Positions 61,180-64,000 of a DNA stretch of 64,000 nt are shown here, in pieces. Each line of letters opens with the position of its first letter. The first letter of the stretch is position 1. The notes under the pieces are model-generated. The model ran no database searches. It had not been told where the DNA came from and saw only the letters and a program-made list of their open reading frames with translations. Source of the stretch: Carpediemonas membranifera BICM (taxonomy: Eukaryota > Protista > Fornicata). A program made the position numbers and the translations under genes. The stretch lies in the NCBI GenBank assembly GCA_019828565.1, contig JAHDYR010000021.1, forward strand, positions 62,001 through 126,000, written 5' to 3'.

Positions 61180-62376
61180 TCACGCGTCAAACCCCGGAAA
61201 TGGCTCCTTCTTGCTGAACGCCATCTTCTTCACCTTGAACGCGATATACCCCCTGACCCGGCCGGTCTGAATAAGGCTGGCGATCTGACACACTACGGTG
61301 GTCGCATCCCACTGGTTGATATCCCGTAGCAATGCCGCGTCACTCACGGGCAGGGTCCTGAGGTAGTCCTCGAACACGGCCATGGCCTGGTCGAAGCCTT
61401 GTTCGATAAATGAAAGGCTCATTTGGTAGCGGTACTTCTCGTCAGAAATAGACTCGCGGTTGAGCTCGAGGAGTGTCCGGAGGAGCTGCACAGTGCATAT
61501 CTGCCTGATTTCTTCCCATATGAGCAACAGCCCGCGTGCGGCGAGTTGGTCTCGAGTCCTTTCGATCGCCACACAGAACTTGCCCAGATTCCCGTCACTC
61601 ACCGCCCCCACGAGGTCGATGTACAGCAAGGACCGTGGGACAGCCTGTACCAGATCATACCGCGGCATCCGCATGTCCGCCAACATCAGTGGAACCATGT
61701 ACGATGCGATGAGTCCAACGACCTCCTGCCCCGCCTTCGCCTCCTGTGCAACTGTGAGTGCGACGGCCATGTGTCGGCGGGCCGGGCCGTATGCCACTGT
61801 GTGGTCCATCGCGTGGACTCGACCGCACTGGTAGTGGAAGTCGATGACGTCAGACACAGCTCCGCGCCTGAGCAGGGCGGCGTCGACGTCCGCCTGGCAA
61901 GTTTGGCCGAGCTCTTTCTTCTGTTGGTCCTCTGTCTCAAGCCTAGTGACAGTGGCGTGTGCCATGGAGAAGGCCCGCTCCTGGAACGACAGGGCGATGG
62001 TGTGGCTGAGGAGTACCGGCCGGCACTGAAGCCGCGACTTGTCGATGGGGGCGTGGGGGCACTTGTTGTAGAGCTTGGGGAGGACCGACTGAGAAAGGGA
62101 CTTAATGGCTGAGTTCAGCTTGCCGTCAGTTGGGGCTTTCTCACGGAGAAAGCGCAGGAGGGCGTCGATTGGTGTGCGCCACCAGTTGCAATCGGTTTGA
62201 TCTGTGTCGAAGTGCTTGTCTGCTACGGTGACTAGGGCTTCAAGGGCGATAATGGCGGCGTCTGAGGGTGTGGATGGGTCGGGGCGAGTTTCGCGGCCTT
62301 CAGAGAGGAGGTAGTTCAAGAACGTAACCATAAGCTCCTCAAAATAGGTCTTTGTGTCCGCATCCTCGTCATCCAT
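61180..62376 (-). CDS. PCID2: PCI-domain protein PCID2/Thp1/CSN12-like
   Basis: FHYQCGR, YMVPLML..MP, AVSDGNL, GLLLIWEEI, VVCQIASLIQTGRVRGYI..FSKKEPFP; start uncertain. Confidence 0.8.
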   Translation of the reverse strand: MDDEDADTKTYFEELMVTFLNYLLSEGRETRPDPSTPSDAAIIALEALVTVADKHFDTDQTDCNWWRTPIDALLRFLREKAPTDGKLNSAIKSLSQSVLPKLYNKCPHAPIDKSRLQCRPVLLSHTIALSFQERAFSMAHATVTRLETEDQQKKELGQTCQADVDAALLRRGAVSDVIDFHYQCGRVHAMDHTVAYGPARRHMAVALTVAQEAKAGQEVVGLIASYMVPLMLADMRMPRYDLVQAVPRSLLYIDLVGAVSDGNLGKFCVAIERTRDQLAARGLLLIWEEIRQICTVQLLRTLLELNRESISDEKYRYQMSLSFIEQGFDQAMAVFEDYLRTLPVSDAALLRDINQWDATTVVCQIASLIQTGRVRGYIAFKVKKMAFSKKEPFPGFDA

Positions 62377-62917
62377 GGCGCATTGGGACGCTACATGCCC
62401 AACGTGTATTCTTAGCCCGTCAAGCTTCGGGTGCAGCCTGCAGCGGGGTATTTGCTGCATAACTGGATGTGCAAGCACTCCAACTGCGACTAGATGCGCG
62501 TGCATCGATCGAAACCCACGGCGATTGAGCTTATTCATCAGACACGACGTCAGCTGGTCTATTCTGACAAAACTCCATGTTGCTGTCGAAGAAGAGAACG
62601 AACTCATCGCGAGATACAGCTGGCACTCACTGCTCAAGATCCGCGAGATGCAATAAACTCCGTTCAAAAGAAGCGAGTACGTGTTGCCAGAGAGACAAAG
62701 AAAGCAAAGCTGCCATCCGAGTCTGACAACACCCAGCGATGCGTCATCAGCTGGGCTCTGACCGTGGCCATCCCAAAGCAAAAAAAAGCAACAGCTGCAC
62801 TCAGGGCTGAGCTCGGGGTGGACAATGAGATCCGAACATCGTTCAGCCACTTTGCCTCTGGGAAAGCCCCTAGGCGTGTTAAATGGTGTGAGCTTTACAT
62901 TTCGTGCGTGTGGCTGC

Positions 62918-63103
62918 TCAGCGGGAGCCAAAGTGGTCGATGAGACTCACAATGGGGCGGCGGATGAGCAGGAAGACGTAGCAAACGAATAAAAGAACCA
63001 AAAAGATGAAAAGGGACCCGTAGATGCGCTTTTCGTACGTGAACATGCCATAGTAATCGAACCTGATCGACATTGTTAGCAGCTTCTTCTTCATGGACTT
63101 CAT
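62918..63103 (-). CDS. Small single-TM protein, possibly a serine palmitoyltransferase small subunit (SPTSS-like)
   Basis: YYGMFTYEKRIYGSLFIFLVLLFVCYVF resembles the SPTSS pattern YM..WE...F.S followed by a TM. Confidence 0.4.
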   Translation of the reverse strand: MKSMKKKLLTMSIRFDYYGMFTYEKRIYGSLFIFLVLLFVCYVFLLIRRPIVSLIDHFGSR

Positions 63104-63250
63104 GGGAACAAACGGAGTACGAGCGTTCGGTACATCCCGAGTGTTGCTGGTTTCAACCTCGGATGGTTTGTTTACAGGTGTGTTCTTTCTGTTAACGACA
63201 ACCATGACGAAATAGCAATGTTAAACTGCGAAATATGGTACAACGATCGT

Positions 63251-63949
63251 TCACCGCAGGGCGCCCTGAATCCGCATGTCTCGCATCTTCTGCGTGAACC
63301 GAGCAAACGTATGCTCGCTCTGGCGCTTACTAGGCGGCCTCTCAAAGGAAGCAACGGGGTGATCCTTGGCGCCAATCTTGGCGGCCCTCACGCGGTAGGC
63401 TTCTTCAAGCTCGTAGCCTTGGAGAATATCGTCTGTCATTGCATCCACGTCACTCAGGAGTTCTGGGATGACCAGCATCCTCTCGATTTCATCTTCTTTG
63501 GTGCGTTCCCGCTCTCGCCCGTCGGCAAGCGGCTCCTCTCCGTCCATGCCCACACGGCTCCTGAAGCCGTCCCATACGACCTCAAGTGATCTAAGGGCAT
63601 CGTGGACGTGGTTTCTTACGCCGTCGTTGAGCGCGCTCGTCTCCTTGAGCTCAACCTCCATCCTGTCGGCTTCTTCGACGCAAAAGAGGTACATCCGCTC
63701 CTTCAGCTTCGCCTCTTCAAGCTCAATGTGTTTCTCTAGCAGGGTTTTGCCGTCAGAGGCCTTTGCCATCACTGGTGAGTCCACAAGCTGCCGTGCTGTT
63801 TCCATCAACGTCTGTCCCTGGACCTCGTCCTCCTCGCCGCGCACAATCGGTGCGGCACGACGTGCACTGCCTTCGTGGTATCTTGGCCCCACAGAGGCAT
63901 ATCTGTTTCGATTCATTGGCGAAACCAAGTCGTTTTCTCGTTTTCGCAT
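63251..63949 (-). CDS. Hypothetical coiled-coil protein
   Basis: Long charged helical ORF; first ATG at 63949. Confidence 0.6.
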   Translation of the reverse strand: MRKRENDLVSPMNRNRYASVGPRYHEGSARRAAPIVRGEEDEVQGQTLMETARQLVDSPVMAKASDGKTLLEKHIELEEAKLKERMYLFCVEEADRMEVELKETSALNDGVRNHVHDALRSLEVVWDGFRSRVGMDGEEPLADGRERERTKEDEIERMLVIPELLSDVDAMTDDILQGYELEEAYRVRAAKIGAKDHPVASFERPPSKRQSEHTFARFTQKMRDMRIQGALR

Positions 63950-64000
63950 TTTTGCCCGCCGAGCTTGTGCTATTGAAGGGTCAAACAATGTGTTTATACT

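Noticed and set aside
62377-62943. Upstream extension of the PCID2 ORF and the opposite-strand 149-aa ORF
   Set aside because: No recognisable motifs or codon bias; cannot be supported either way

Overview
Very gene-dense eukaryotic DNA, GC-rich, about 45 genes in 64 kb, with short intergenic gaps and few, tiny spliceosomal introns. Flagellar genes (IFT52, CIMIP1-like), a two-domain WRKY factor, divergent RCC1-like paralogues, fused branch-point/3' splice sites and AGTAAA-type poly(A) signals point to a free-living fornicate metamonad such as Carpediemonas; this is inference, not a database result. Most genes are housekeeping: CHD1, RPA3, DIM1, KBL, SYS1, SLY1, TSR2, SWI3, ITPK1, a GCP, FIS1, kinesin-1, SYF2, LSM12, RAB1, GPI8, POP1, cyclophilin and PCID2. 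An accessory-looking block at about 4-15.5 kb holds the RCC1-like pair, a bacterial-type cytidylyltransferase, decayed gene fragments and a large FG-GAP surface protein. I traced 12 introns by hand. Eleven are 28-39 nt, and all 12 share a fixed T(-8)/A(-6) branch geometry. The one long intron (103 nt, cyclophilin) folds out a 70-nt hairpin that leaves 33 nt single-stranded. Other highlights are a kinesin-1 ending in a thymosin/WH2-like LKKT motif and adjacent FIS1 and SMP-domain genes. No rRNA, tRNA, CRISPR array or intact mobile element was recognised. All gene identities come from motif recognition by eye.
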